A stretch of DNA of 64,000 nt from Paraphysomonas bandaiensis (taxonomy: Eukaryota; Protista; Chrysophyceae), in NCBI GenBank assembly GCA_965644295.1, contig CBFFRP010000009.1:75298-139297 (forward strand), in the 5' to 3' direction. The notes under the pieces were generated by a model that saw only the letters and a program-made list of their open reading frames with translations, had not been told where the DNA came from and made no database searches. The position numbers and the translations under genes are program-made. The stretch's first letter is position 1; each line of letters begins with the position of its first letter. Shown here piece by piece: positions 50,418 through 64,000 of this stretch.

Positions 50418-51762
50418 CTATACATCGTCATCGTCAAGCAATTCATCCAAGTCGTCATCATCTACGTCATCTAAGAAGAGATCTTCTTTCACTTCCACCG
50501 CAGGCTCATCAACAGATGCAGTTCCAGTGGCACGTCTAGTGGCAGCAGTCATGGCAGCTGCTATGTTAGCCCCTGTTTCTTGTTCCCCAGCAGCAATAAG
50601 TGCTTCCTCCAATCCGGCGCGATTGGACAAAAACAACTGCTTTCCAGTAGGCTGGTTTTAGACATGGTACGTCAGCCAGGTAACGGAAATATAGGGTTCA
50701 AACACCTACCCTATCATCTGTATCCTTGTCGCTTGGAGCCCCTTCTCGGGCAATCTTCAGGGCTCGTCTCTCAGCGTCGAACTTTTTCTTCCACTCATGG
50801 AACACTTCGACTGTCACGGCGTGCCCGGCTTGGCGCTTACGCATTCTCTCCTCTTCTTCAGGGTCGACCTCAGAGCTCATTTTCTAACACACCATATATC
50901 CTTTACAATAGCATATATCTCAATACTACAACATAATGTATTGCCAGACTACAGCGTCACTAGCACGGGGACCAAAAGTACTATGATATCAACACAATGA
51001 ATACACCATATATTGTCCCCCTGAAACTTAGACAAAACTAACCTCTGAATCAGCAGCAGATATAATAGCAGCCTTCTCTTCTTTCTTTTTCTTCTCAATG
51101 TCTTTTTGTTGCATACGACGCATCATATCGGCATACATCGACCCATCCTACACAACCATGACTTGAGCGAGAATTTGAAGGTGTAGATATTGCACCTGTC
51201 CAGCCACATTGTTGTCAATCAGCCATTCCCGCACTACTTCCGCTATAGTATATATAGATGGCATACCCAAATTCTCCAATGCCTACTCATTATGAATCTC
51301 ATAGAATATTATATTGATTACACGCTTACAGTGGCATTTATAAGTTCCATGAGTTCTTCCTTATGCTTCGATCCCAAGCCCTTCTTTATCTCTACATTGA
51401 TATCAGGTACTTCACTAGGATATTCCGGTGGTATGTTGCACACAAGATCTATTGCCACTGTGAAATTGATAAGAATTTTAGCACATAAGGCTATATATTG
51501 CGTCAGCAAACCGTGATTGTCGTCCTGGCCGGGGTTGGGAACCAAATGCACCTTGTAGCTATAGGGCTCCACACTAGAAATGCTCTCGAACTCATCTGGG
51601 TATATAGCCTATACTTGATATCAGAACTAGGTCTGCGTATAAGAACAACTGCATGCAGATACCTCCAGAGCTTCGATTTCTTCCGCCTGAACTTCAGAAT
51701 TTTCTGTTTGAAATACACAATTAATACCGTACAAAGGCTGCCATAGTTGCTTCACCTCCCAT
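50418..51762 (-). CDS. RWDD1: RWD domain-containing protein 1 (Gir2/DFRP2-like); multi-exon
   Basis: QAEEIEALE/AIYPDEF, YPSEVP and ENLGMPSIYTIAEVVREWL (RWD). GHAVTVEVFHEWKKKF, TGKQLF and DLFLDD with an acidic tail (DFRP C-terminal). Start M-G/E inferred via a 50-nt intron. Confidence 0.9.
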
Positions 51763-52343
51763 AATGTCCTCCCTATACAAATGCGTAGAATTCCAACTAG
51801 CGCAGAAGGAAAATGCCCTCTTGATGCATATAATATGTGGCTTGACCAGTTATGATTAGACGATATGCTCTTGCCACCGCTATCCACTCTAGTGGTATTT
51901 TTGCATCACCCACTACGTACTTCATGTAATACCGCCCTACTCTCCTAAAAAGTGCAGTAGGGGAAAAAATCTCTGTGGATACCTCAAAAATCGGTATTTT
52001 TTCATGAAAATATGGTGTGTGGGATATACAGCTCAGATATTCAAGATCGTTTGTGAAAAAAACATGGGGTTTCGTCAACAAAATAGTGGAAAAAACAGGA
52101 TACCCTTTTTTTATATATCTACGTCGTTTTCAGTTTGTCTGTTGAAGGTTCGACACCCCAACTTCTAACACGAAGTCTGTTTTACAAATAAATACCACAG
52201 CAATCGGATTCTACAAACTGCCCGACTGAAAACACGACCCAGCTTGCATCTGCCATATAGCATAAAAGCCATCGGGGAACGAGTGTATTTTTATCCACTA
52301 TATTTTGGATTTGATACAGTGCCTGGATAGGTTCTTTCTTGGC

Positions 52344-54090
52344 ATGAAAGGATTTCTGAATAAAGTGCAGCGCCGGGTGAGTGGGTCTGGCCCGTCCACT
52401 GGAACAGAGAGCAAGAATGGTGAAAAACCCTCAACTCCTATCGCTACGGCTAAAGCAGGCGCTCGCACAAATGGAATAGAACCCACCCCTAAAGCAGATG
52501 TTACTCTTCCGCGGCGTGAAAGAAGGTGCGTAGTATGGGCGCTAATTTATAGGATGTGACGATATATATGCAGACGATCTTCTTTCATGAGGGCTCAAAA
52601 GATGCAGGTTCTCAAAGATCTTGCCCTTCTATCAGACACCCCTATGCAAAAGAGAGAAGTATATTATATCCTGTGTAGATGTTATTCGAGATGATATTAT
52701 ATTTTTCAGGCATTGTTTAAACAAAAGCTTCAGCTTTGTGGCGTTATATTTAACTTTGACGATGCTGAGTCTGATACTCGAGGGAAGGAGCTAAAACGAG
52801 AAACCTTATTAGAACTTGCTGAGTATGTTAACTCTCCTGTGGGGCAGAAAATATTTACGGAATCTTTAATGCCTGATGTTGTGGAGATGGTACGAACAAA
52901 TTTGTTCCGCACACTTCCACCACAGACAGACGATTTCGACCCCGAAGAAGATGAGCCATCCATGGAGGCTGCGTGGCCTCATTTGCAGGTAATTATATAT
53001 CATTTCGTATGGTTGATACCCGAGTGCACAATGAAGCTTGGTGTGTTTAGCTTTCGATTTCCGTAGTGTGATTATTTTTTCCGTGCAGGTTGTGTATGAA
53101 TTTTTCCTACGATTTGTTGTGAGTTCTGAAGTCAATGGGAAAGTAGCAAAGCGGTATGTCGACCAAACTTTTATCCGAAATTGGATCGAGCTCTTCGATG
53201 CTGAAGACCCTAGGGAGAGAGACTACGTGAAAACTATTCTGCATCGCATGTACGGAAAATTTATGTCATATCGTTCTTTCATCAGAAAGACAATCTCGCA
53301 AGTGTTTTACCGATACATATACGAGACTGGGAAGCATAATGGTATCGGTGAGCTGTTGGAAATCCTCGGTTCCATTATCAATGGGTTTGCTATTCCTCTT
53401 AAAGCGGAACATTTGCAATTTCTCGAGAAGGCACTCATTCCGCTACATAAGCCGCGGGCATTGTCCGTTTACCATCCCCAGCTCTCCTACTGCATATCAC
53501 AGTACGTCGAAAAGGATGCAGAGACTGTGGGGGTCATTGTTACAGGATTGATTAGGTTTTGGCCGTGGAGCTGCTCCAGTAAACAGGTGCTGCTACTCAA
53601 TGAACTCGAGGAAATAATGGAGCTGTGTCGCGGGGAGCAGTTGAATCAGGTCCAAGATCAAATATTTAAACTTCTTGCCGCCTGTCTTGCCAGTGAGCAT
53701 TTTCAAGTGGTCGAACGGGCATTGTATTTTTGGAATTCAGAGCATCTATGTGCGAATGTGCTTGCTCAGAATAAAGCTCACATATTTCTTCCCTACATAT
53801 TTGGCCCCCTCAGTAGAAACGCACAGGGTCATTGGAATCAAACTGTTGAGAGTCTTGCACAAAGTGTGCTTAAGATGTACGTATTGAATATGTGTATATA
53901 TTCGTATTAACTGATTTCCTGTGCACTGAACAGGTATATGGAGCTTGATATCAATCTTTACGACAGGTGCGCTCGCGAAAACAACGAGAAAGAACGTATG
54001 AAAGAGTCCCAGCGTGCGGCATCAAAGACCAAATGGCAGTCTATCACTGAGGCCGCCGCAGAGAAGGGCGTCAAGCCTGATCCCAACTAG
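52344..54090 (+). CDS. PPP2R5: PP2A regulatory subunit B' (B56)
   Basis: LFKQKLQLC, NLFRTLPP, DPEEDEP, WPHLQ/VVYEFFLRF, EDPRERD, HNGIGELLEILGSIINGFA, HFQVVERAL and HWN. Confidence 0.97.
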
Positions 54091-54894
54091 CCCATCCTTC
54101 CTTTCTCGTATTCCTAGAATGTGAAGTATCATCCCGTCACCTCCCACCTTCTCTGCTAAATGCTGCTGATGAAGAGATTCTCTGTGATCAATGAACATAA
54201 CAACATACAACTCTCATTCATCGAAGATTTCGCCGTATCGTGTACATGCCACCTATCTGCAGTAGCATTATTCCGGGATGAAATTTTTGTTGGTTTACAT
54301 GGTTTAGTTAGTACGTGAGTGAGTGAGGCTGTATTGTTTAGTAGAAGAGTTGAATTGTTGGAACAGTATCGCATTGTGCTGATAATATAGTTTCTAGCAT
54401 TCTATTTGGCAACTATTTTGCAGATGACATTATAATTCCGTGAGTGGTAGTAGTTGTAGTGTGCTGTCATTTTGCGCTTATGGACCACCTTTAGAGGTAA
54501 AATACGCAGTATTTAAAAGGATATTTACCAAAGATATACATACCAAGTACTTCAGTTTTAAGTTTGGTTATAGAGATGCCAACAGGCTAAATATTACTAG
54601 GTTGTGTAAGTTGAGTTTTGTAAGGCAGAGCACTTGCTAAATTATATTAGGAGAGATAGTAAAAATTATTGCAGAGCAGTAATCACCAATATTTCTCAGT
54701 AGTAGTGAATGTCTGATTATTAGCAATAGGCGTGTGCAAATAGTATTAAGCTACTAAACATCCAATATATCAGAAAATAGACTTGCAATTTGATATTATC
54801 TTTAGAAATTACTTACGTAGAGATGCATGCTTAACGCTCCCGGTAATTTAAAAGTATATACATATATACATTCGGATGGAAAATCCCCTACCAC

Positions 54895-56711
54895 CTATGA
54901 GTGACCACTCGTCAGCGTAGTTGTAAATGTCCCTGAAAGTTTCTTCTCGCTCTCTGCCTGATCTAACAACATCTGTGTTTTCCATCCCACTGAGGGAGGC
55001 AAAAACACACGTGTCTCAGCTCCCTCGTGGCGCCCAGCAAAGTAAGTGTAGTCGACCAGCTCCTGTCGTTTGGTTCTATCTTTCTCCTCGTTGTCCCCAA
55101 ACGCTGATATTGGTATCTTTAGCATTGCTAGCTGTCTACCGTCTAGAAGGTGACTACGAGCTAAATCAGTGCCAATATCCACAGTGCTTCCATTCACAGG
55201 TACTTGTTTGGTGCGCATGGTGAGATCTTTCGCTCTGGCATCGACATCTGACCCATGATGGCGGAGAAGTGTAATACTTGATGCGTATCGCGGCGTTCGG
55301 TCAGCTTCCCTTAAGTCCCTGGCAATCTAGACTTCCATGTGAACAATTGTTTACAACCAGAGTATTATTCATACCTTGAAATTATCTCGGGCCTGGTCGA
55401 ACATGCACTTCTCTGCGTAGCGCTTGCCCAAAAATTCGAAGACATCTGCAAACAATGACAAACACGCGCATTAGTCATATAAATACAAGCTCACTATAAT
55501 ACCAATGTTATTCGGATCAAGAGCACTCAGCTCATTAAGAACAACTATGTGGGCATCCTGTAGCACCCCTGCGGTGCCGGATGCGGCTAGTAAGAACGCA
55601 CCCGTTTCTGGAGTCGAAGGAGGCTGAATAAAATGAAAGTATTACAAAGTAGCGAATGTATCGGCACGTCATGTACACAGAAAGTAGCTGTCAACTCACC
55701 AGCATTTCCTTCATGACCGCATGGGCAAAACGCAAAATTCCCTCATAGGCCTCGGTCCTTTCGGGATGTAAAGCTCGAAATGATGCTCGCAAGTGCGCGT
55801 GAGATTTATTAAAGAAATCGTCACGTTTCCTTTCTGCAGCACGCAAGAGAGAAGAGGAGGAAGATACACCGTCAGCCTTAGGAATAATCACACGACAGCC
55901 CTGAAAAATGCACCACATGTAAATATCCAGACATGCAATATAAAACTTGTCACATACAAGTATGAGGAACACGCGAAAAAGGCGACAGTGAGCATCTTGA
56001 ATTCTCTTTTCTTGTTTTATCTGCTCTGCTAGGATGAGTTTATCTCGCTTTTCATTCCGTAATCGCAGGTACTCTACTCTCTGTTTCTTTCCTAAACGGT
56101 CAATTTTCCTTCGCTCAAGATCTGTCATCGGCATCAGTTTCACATCTACTATATGCACTGGATCAGTGGCCTTGGTCGACTTAATATAGTACTTCACTGC
56201 GCGGTCGTACCTATATTCATAAGTATCAATAACCCTATCAATCTGGTTACAATACACACATACATCTCAAGGTTGTCAAATAGCATTGCACCCTCATGAA
56301 AGCACGTATGCGGGTCATCAGCTGTTTTTGCACTATTTACATGTTCAAATGCAAGAGATAGCATTTTGCTATTTACAGCATCTTTGGTAAGCAATGGTGC
56401 GAGGCTTTTCTTGCTGTTATTACGTACTAATCCCAGAGCCTGTACACAAGTTACAACGCTAGAGGTAACGTAAGAAACTAAACCTCGAGACTGACAGAAG
56501 GATTCCCAACCGGCTTTTTCCCGGGTGATAAGTTTCCGGAGAGGTTTCGGTTTACATCTAATCCGTAAGGAAGTGTGCTAATTTTCCTGTTGGCTGTATC
56601 ATATATGGCAGATAGAAGCCGGGTTTCGTCTCGGTCGTCAAGTGTCTCGCGAAGTTCTTTATTGTCCACCGTCTTTTGGAAGGAGTTAACGCAACTACGC
56701 AACCCTTCTAC
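54895..56711 (-). CDS. Hypothetical multi-exon protein; start exon not resolved
   Basis: A chain of open exons bounded by GT/AG sites (56478-56738, 56194-56394, 55691-56257, down to 54895-55218) with charged helical sequence. No family recognised. Confidence 0.6.
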
Positions 56712-58492
56712 CTGCATTTGTGATACCGTCAATTTCAATTATAGTGTTAAGATGTGTTTCGATAGTGGAGACTGTCACTCATATACAGACATTCGCTCAA
56801 AGAATTCATAACATGACAAGCAGTTCTAACAGCTTAACTAATCAGACGACATCATCTCTATGACCTCAAGGAATGTTGAAGGGTCGTTAGACAAACTGTC
56901 CCGTTGATGTCACTCTCATTGGTGCGTTATTTTGCAACTGATGTTTTTATGACGTTGAGTGCAGTTATAAAACAGGGTTTCGGCAAAAATGCGACATATG
57001 CTCCTATAAATTGGAGATATTCTGCTGTGGTAACAAACGAAAATTAAGAATTTTTTCGTTTCTTTGTCAATATTCGCTCTGTATGGTGTGTATGGAATGA
57101 TATGATCATGTGTGCTGTAAGGACACCCATTCCTGTCATGTGTGCCATATCTAATATGTACAGTACATCAGTAGAGAGAGTCAGCAGAAAAATACTCCTG
57201 TGCTTAATGATAGTCCCTTCGGAGTTGGAGGTGATATAGAGAGCGAGATAGATATCAGGGCAGGAGATATTAAGGGACAATTACGGTTGAAAGAGGACAT
57301 CTGCACCGGTTGAGTGGGCATTGAGCGGAAGTGGAAAACAACTGATTTAGTAATGATTTGAGAAGCTGCTGATACGTTAAGATGAGTGTGTTATCAAAGA
57401 GATGGCCGCCTCCAGCAGAAACTCAATAGGGCGGGTAAGCCCCTCTTGGACACATCCACTGGGTAGAGGAGGGGCAGGGAAGACACGATCAATACCTTGT
57501 CTTCACTGGTTCCAACACTGGATTCTCTGGAGAAGTCGGCAACGGAGCAGTATATTGAACAGAGCTCTTCTCCCCTGGAAAGGGCTGTGGACGTTTATGT
57601 AGAAATTCCGGATGCTGGATTTTAGTTTATAGGTCACAAGTACTCTTTTTTTCTAGGGAAAGCATAGATACAGGAACCAAAGAAGACAACAAACGCGTGA
57701 TTGAAGAGTTTACGCGTTTTCTCCGCTAAAGACTGTCCCGCGTAATACTGAATGAAAGGGATTTTTGATGAAAGTGTGACCCCGTGTGCCGAACTCCCAG
57801 TGGAGAAACAGGGACCGACGGGTTGTATCATCTGCATTGTAGCATACATGGTATACATTAGGTCATTCTATAAGGTGGCCTATATTTGTTGGTGACAGAG
57901 TGGCGCTCCCACTGTGGCTAAGAGTTCATCTCAACGAGATTATAGGGGTAGCCAAATCGGAATGAAATTGTTCAGCTTGGTTATAACAGCTTTGAGCTGT
58001 GCAGGGTGTGACGAAAACATTCCTAGCTTCCTGCGAGCATTGTCAGTTGTGCGTTGGCCGATTGCCTAGTAGCAAGTGAATTAAAATCTGCGTTTTCTTT
58101 TTACGCGAGGTGATTACCCTTGAGAGGAGGAACGACTTTGGCACAGCCCATTGATGGACATGTAAGCTGATGTTGCTGTAACAAGCAGAGATTTCACGAG
58201 ACCGAGATGAGATAGAGTACGAAATTAAACGACTTCAGGAGGAAAAAATATAATTGAAAATAAAGCTTACTCTCGTTACTTTCTTGTTATTACTAATGAA
58301 GTAAAGTTTGAAGACGTATGTAGCATGTGTATACCATGCCACAATGAGCATATAATAATTAATAGGATTCACTTAAATATAATACTTCTTTCTTCTTTCT
58401 AGCAATAATCTAGTAGAGTCTACTCTATTCTAGTAGTTAATCTAAAAGTCCGGGGGATGCGAATGCTTGCGTCTCATACTAAATGTACAAAT

Positions 58493-58812
58493 TGTTAGAA
58501 ATAGACATTTTTAGTAATAAGACCTTTGTTAACACTTATATGGAATATTATATAATTATAAGAGATACCATACTTCATTCATTGACGTTCACCAACTCTT
58601 TCTATCTCTACTACACCAACCATTTCTAGTACGATCTTACATCGTCACTATCTTGTACAGTCAGTATATTTCAGTTTTATCACTACAATGGCTATCATAT
58701 TATTGGTTCTCATACTACAGCTAGCTACTACTGTATTCTTTGAGTAACGGATATAATTCTAATATCTTGGAAACTACAGCTTTTAATTGCTCACAAACAG
58801 CAAAACTCAACA
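58493..58812 (-). repeat. 3' LTR of the copia element
   Basis: Reads identical by eye to 63684-64000; TG...CA ends. Confidence 0.97.
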
Positions 58813-58939
58813 CTCCCTCTCAATTCAAAGCTGTAACACATGGCATAACTGACGGATACGCAACCACCGAAACCGTATAGGACAAACCGGTGGACGTATG
58901 GCTCCGACGTTTCAGCTAGCCTCTCCGTAGACAACACGT

Positions 58940-61900
58940 TTATGAGCCTCTGTTTCGTTTGTATGAATTCTCTCTGATGACATCCACAGATGACTTCTGA
59001 TCTTCTCCTAGACATCTCTTTCTATGCTTCTCGTATATAACGCCACACAAAGATTTCGTAAATATGTCTGCAGTCTGGTTATCAGTTCCAACGTGATACA
59101 ATATCGCAGTGTTAAAACGTCCTTCTGGATCTACATGTTCACGCACCCAGTGGTATTTGATTTCAATGTGTTTTGATCTTTTGTGGAACACTGGATTTAA
59201 TGCTAGATCACGAGCACTCTGGCTATCTAAAAAAAATGGAGTGGGTTCGTACAGTCGAAGTCCCAATTCGGCCAACACCGCCGAAGCCACACCAGTTCTT
59301 GCATGCCAGCGTACATAGCTTGGTACTCACTCTGCATTGAAGACGTAGACACAGTAACTTGTAAGATTGATTGCCAGGTGAGTGGTCCACCTGCTGCAAA
59401 CACAATGTATCCAGTTGTCGACCTTCGTGACACAGTATCGCCTGCCCAGTCAGCGTCTGTGAAAATATGCATGTCAAAGCTCTTACCACTGAACCGAATA
59501 CCTTTCCGCACAGTACCCCTGATGTATTGTAACAAATAAGTCATCAACTTGCATGTAGCCTTTGTTGGTTTCGAAGCATATCGTGACAATAGGCCAACAG
59601 CATACGCAATATCTGGACGCGTATTCATTGATAGATATAGCATGGCACCTAGTAAGCTACGATAGGGATAATTGTCGACTCCCTCTTCCTCCTGAGATGA
59701 GTTCTCACTATCAGTGCAATTAATCCTGTCCATGGCATCTACAGGTAGTGGGGATTTGCGAACTTTGTTTGAAGGTCCAAGGAATGCTGCATATTTGGTG
59801 AGAATTTTTTCAGCGTATGTCGATTGGTCAAGTTGAATATAATTCTTGGTCCTTGTAACTCGAACGTTGAGAAAATGCTCTAATTCTCCCATGTCTGACA
59901 TGTCAAATCTTTCACAAAACCGTTTCTTGATTTCTGTCAAAATAGTCAGATCCGCACAAGCGATTACTATATCATCAACGTATATGGTTAAGTACACACG
60001 ATGACCTTTGTACATCATATAATATAGACATGGTTCTAAAATGCAGGGTTTGAATCCCAAAGACTTTATAAATCCATGTATGGTCTTCCACCATGAACGT
60101 GGAGAACTCCGAAGGCCATATAGTGAGCGATATAGTTTGAAACAGTGTCCTGGTGGCAACTGAAAATCGGGAGGAGGGTCCATGTACACGTCTCCTTCGA
60201 TTTTAGCATAACAGAATGCATTCGACACGTCAAGTTGATGGATGTGCATACTAAACATGAAAGCAAGGGCAATGATTAGTCTAACCGTAATCGATTTCAC
60301 CACAGGAGCAAATGTATTTTCGACGTCTATACCTGTCCTTTGACCATATCCCAGAGCGACCAGACGAGCTTTATGCTTTTTTATTGATCCATCTTTATTG
60401 TATTTTCGTTTGAACACATATCTGGACTTTAGAGGTCTAACACCAGGTGGCGTCTCAACGACATTAAACACTTCCCGCTTGAATAATGCATTCCGTTCTA
60501 ATCGTCTAGCTTCCTTCCAATTTGAAGCTTCAGGACATGTCAATGACTCTTCATACGTCTCAGGCTCTCTATAAGTAGACGAGTTAGACATAAGTGCGCA
60601 ATCACTCTCATCACACAAGTTAACAATCTCCTCGTCATGGAGAAGGTTTACCTCACCCAGGGTGGACACATTAGTCAACACCCTTCGGATTCGCGTACGT
60701 TTACCACTGGTCTCCCTTGACTCAGCATGTACAGTACCACTATTCTCACTTGGCACACAAGAAGGTACATTCTCAAAGACACGATTCGCGCTGACCCCAC
60801 TCGGTACAGCACCCGCACTACTCTCCGGCAAAGTACGAAGGGACATTCTCTTCCCTGGAATCTCATCCGCCGTAGACTTATTGGGCGTGTCACCCGAAGC
60901 CGGCGTAGATGACGATCCACCTCTCTTGTCGTCACAAGAACGAGGTTTTGAGTACAGCCTGCGGTTATAGTCACCAGTCAACTCGGCAATATCACGTACG
61001 TGAATAGGGACTTTTTCTTCTATCTGCTCTTTCCCAGCAGTTACTAGCGCCCTAAACGCCACAATTAGTCCTTTTCGCACCACAACTCTCGTAGTCTTGA
61101 AGAGAAACCCGTCGTCCACATGATACGAACCAATCAGATGTTTAAACTCTTCAACTGATCGATCTAATGGGTCAGTTTTGACTAAGGCCTCTTCAAGCTC
61201 TGCATAGTACTCCTTATCTCTTGGAGGTATACTTTCATCATACAGAACATGTACTGATACGACTTCTTTGTCACCAAGCCACACACGGGATCCCTTTTTC
61301 GTATTGGATAGACCTATGAAATACCCAGTCTGCGACTTCTCCTGCCAGTCCTTTCGACGATCACCTTTGGGAATAAGCACATAAGCCTTGCACCCCCAGC
61401 GTCGAAATCTCGATAAGTCAGGGACTGAACCTCCTGGGACGCATTCCATTGGAGACATCCAACCTCGATATGTACGTGTAGGCATTCGTCGAACTATCAT
61501 GCATGCATATACATAAGCATCCCACCAAAAAATTACGGGTAATCCTGAGTCCATTAACAGAGCCAGAGTCATTTCTCCCAATGTTCGATTCCTACGCTCA
61601 GATACACCATTCATCTCAGGGCTGTCTGTGGAGCTCCAAGTGATGCTAGTTCCAAACTTGCTCATTAAGTATTGCTGAATGGACTTGTCGATCAACTCAG
61701 CCCCCCATCCGAATGGTACTGTATCAACCGGTGTGAACCGGGATATGTAGGGAGTTTACGCTCAACCCAGTCCTTCACGCAACTCAACACCTCATTCGCA
61801 GACCGTGTCTCCAACGGATATTCCCAAAACTCCTTGGTGGCTATATCTGATAATGTCAGAACATATTTGTATCCTTGTCTGGATGGGCAATTGAAATATA

Positions 61901-63684
61901 CAGCAATGTCCACAGAAACCTTCTCAAGGAACTCTGTAGCTTGCAGTTCGTCATCTCTCTTTGCGGTGAATGATTTCCTTGTCATCTTTGATTTTGCGCA
62001 AGCTTTACAAATACCTTTCATTTTTCGTAAACTCTTCTTGCTGAGATGTCGTCGGGTTAATCCGCTCCCGGTAAAAAGTCTGTGTTTAAACGCTTCAATC
62101 AGCTTATGTTTGCTGACGTGTCCACAGCGCTTGTGTAACATCTCTAACGGATCTTCATGCACCTTGTCGGACAAATATACTTCCTCCAGCATTGTCAAAT
62201 TTGGAAGATCAAGTATTTCCTGTAAATTTACATAAGGCATTCCGTTGCTTGAGTAGGTTGCCTCCAATACAGTCTCCCCAGTATCAAGTCGCACAACAGT
62301 GGGCTTGTTCAACAACTGCAATCCATACCCGTGAGAACGGAGTATTCCTCCAGAGCAGATATTCTTGACTGATCCAGGGCAGATCTTGATGTCAGTCCAA
62401 TCGCCAAAGCCTCCAGTTTCCTCATAGTGTAAACTGGATCCAGCTCTGGTTGTCTGTATATTTCCATCCTCCTTCTTGACCGTATGAAGGAAATTTCTGT
62501 CCTTAACAATGAACAGTTTATTAGAGGCACAGCTGTCTAAATACACGGGTTCATCGGAAGTGTGTAGCACCTCTTCAGAGACACATGAATCATCATGCGG
62601 TTCCTCATACATAATCATGTTCACAGAGTCCGAATCTTCCTCTTGCTCCTCTCTCCGCAAAAAACGATTCCAATCTGTGCGTTTTGCAGGCTTTTCGTCC
62701 AAAAATGGCCGGTTTTTGTCTCCTTGGGCAGAGTCACTACGTACTTGAGCACGAAATTTGCACTTATACGCACGATGTCTGGTGTCTCCACATACATAGC
62801 AGCCATCTGATTTTTTCTTCTCGTTGTTGTCTCTGCGACTCTCAGATCGATTCCTAGCGCCACGACTCTTTCCCTGCCTTCTTAATTTCGCGATCTTAAG
62901 GTCTCTCTTCTTCTTCCAGCACGATTTCTGTGAGTGACCCCGTTTGCCACATTTGGGATAGCTGCACACCTCATTTTCATCAGCAGTGGAATTCATGTTT
63001 ACTTCGTCGGTGCCTTCTTTCGGGACACCTTTTGCCTGATCGTATCTCCTGCATATGGTGATCATATCAATAAAGGTTATGTCACCTTGTAGGTAGAGAT
63101 TGGTGTACAATTGCTCCAAATCGCTTCGTGTTTCGAGGGCAGTCTGTAACATCGTTTTTTAGCGATGTCAGTGGGTGGTTCCCCCAACTCGGACATTTTT
63201 TGACAGATGCCGTTTAGTCGATCGATTGCTGCGCACACGAGTTCCCCCGGTAGAATTTTGAATCCTGCAAACTTCTTATTCAATTCAACTAATTCATATT
63301 GGATTTCCCTCGAAACCGAACAATTAACCTAGAGATGAGTTCACTCGCTAACTGCTCTTTATCAGGATGGTCCTGCGGGAGCATATCCTTTTCCCGGAAG
63401 TACTGATCCACGATCTCAAGGGCTTCAGCGACTGGTTGAACAGCTTCAAATATCGAACTGATGCACGTGTCTTTCCTCTCCAGCCACTTGTCCAGATCCT
63501 CCTTGTACTTATTTCGGACTGTCACTGGCGCATTATTTGCTGGTCTTACTGGACGGTCCTCTAGACCCAGATGGTTCCTGTTCTTCCTCATCAACCACAC
63601 TTTCAGATTCTTTGACCAATTCACTACACCGAACTGATCAAATTTAGGAAGAAGTTTCCACTCCGAACTACTGTCTGCTACCAT
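58940..63684 (-). CDS. Copia gag-pol polyprotein with four single-base frameshifts
   Basis: Five successive ORF pieces, each offset by one missing base, at ~63308, ~63157, ~61703 and ~59281. Confidence 0.85.
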
Positions 63685-64000
63685 GTTAGAAATAGACATT
63701 TTTAGTAATAAGACCTTTGTTAACACTTATATGGAATATTATATAATTATAAGAGATACCATACTTCATTCATTGACGTTCACCAACTCTTTCTATCTCT
63801 ACTACACCAACCATTTCTAGTACGATCTTACATCGTCACTATCTTGTACAGTCAGTATATTTCAGTTTTATCACTACAATGGCTATCATATTATTGGTTC
63901 TCATACTACAGCTAGCTACTACTGTATTCTTTGAGTAACGGATATAATTCTAATATCTTGGAAACTACAGCTTTTAATTGCTCACAAACAGCAAAACTCA
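63684..64000 (-). repeat. 5' LTR of the copia element (truncated by the window end)
   Basis: Matches 58493-58809. Confidence 0.97.

Larger units (their letters stand above)
58493..64000 (-). mobile_element. Ty1/copia LTR retrotransposon, near full length (5' LTR cut ~3 bp short by the window edge)
   Basis: 320-bp LTR 58493-58812 (TG...CA) is repeated from 63684. PBS TGGTAGCAGAC follows the 5' LTR and PPT AGAGGGAG precedes the 3' LTR. Domain order: Gag (2 CCHC knuckles), PR (LDSCAS), IN (HKRCGH/CKAC, D-D-E), RT (YVDD), RNase H (DADWAG, ADIFTK). Confidence 0.97.

Noticed and set aside
57050-58270. Coding-like stretch beside the copia element
   Set aside because: Probably a decayed element, but I could not recover a recognisable motif in any frame.
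59227-63726. Programmed ribosomal frameshifting in the copia polyprotein
   Set aside because: Four shifts fall inside Gag, integrase and RNase H rather than at a gag-pol boundary; single-base deletions explain them better.

Overview
Gene-dense eukaryotic genomic DNA with short (mostly ~50 nt) GT-AG introns. TMEM231 indicates a flagellated organism; a stramenopile-like protist is my inference. I reconstructed about 15 protein-coding genes by hand-splicing: myosin (runs off the left edge), threonine synthase, MED8-like, a protein with four DUF3395/SUEL-like repeats, a small FCS zinc-finger protein, an intronless two-domain voltage-gated channel with TLDxW filters, ADA2, TMEM231, a DENN+ENTH+DPF endocytic protein, RPA1, a CAR/GCR1-like GPCR, RWDD1, PP2A B56 and two hypothetical proteins. 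The standout is the minus-strand gene 39092-43261. The ORF track splits it into many pieces, but it splices into one polypeptide: signal peptide, beta-jelly-roll polysaccharide lyase domain, TM helix, then a processive GT2 polysaccharide synthase. This is a candidate single-chain synthase-lyase machine. Other content: a near-complete young Ty1/copia element at the right end, a related LTR relic, several dispersed repeat families (one forming a ~1 kb foldback), a 58-bp minisatellite and a ~1.07 kb (TATG)n tract. All splice models and family calls come from reading the sequence; no database search was run.
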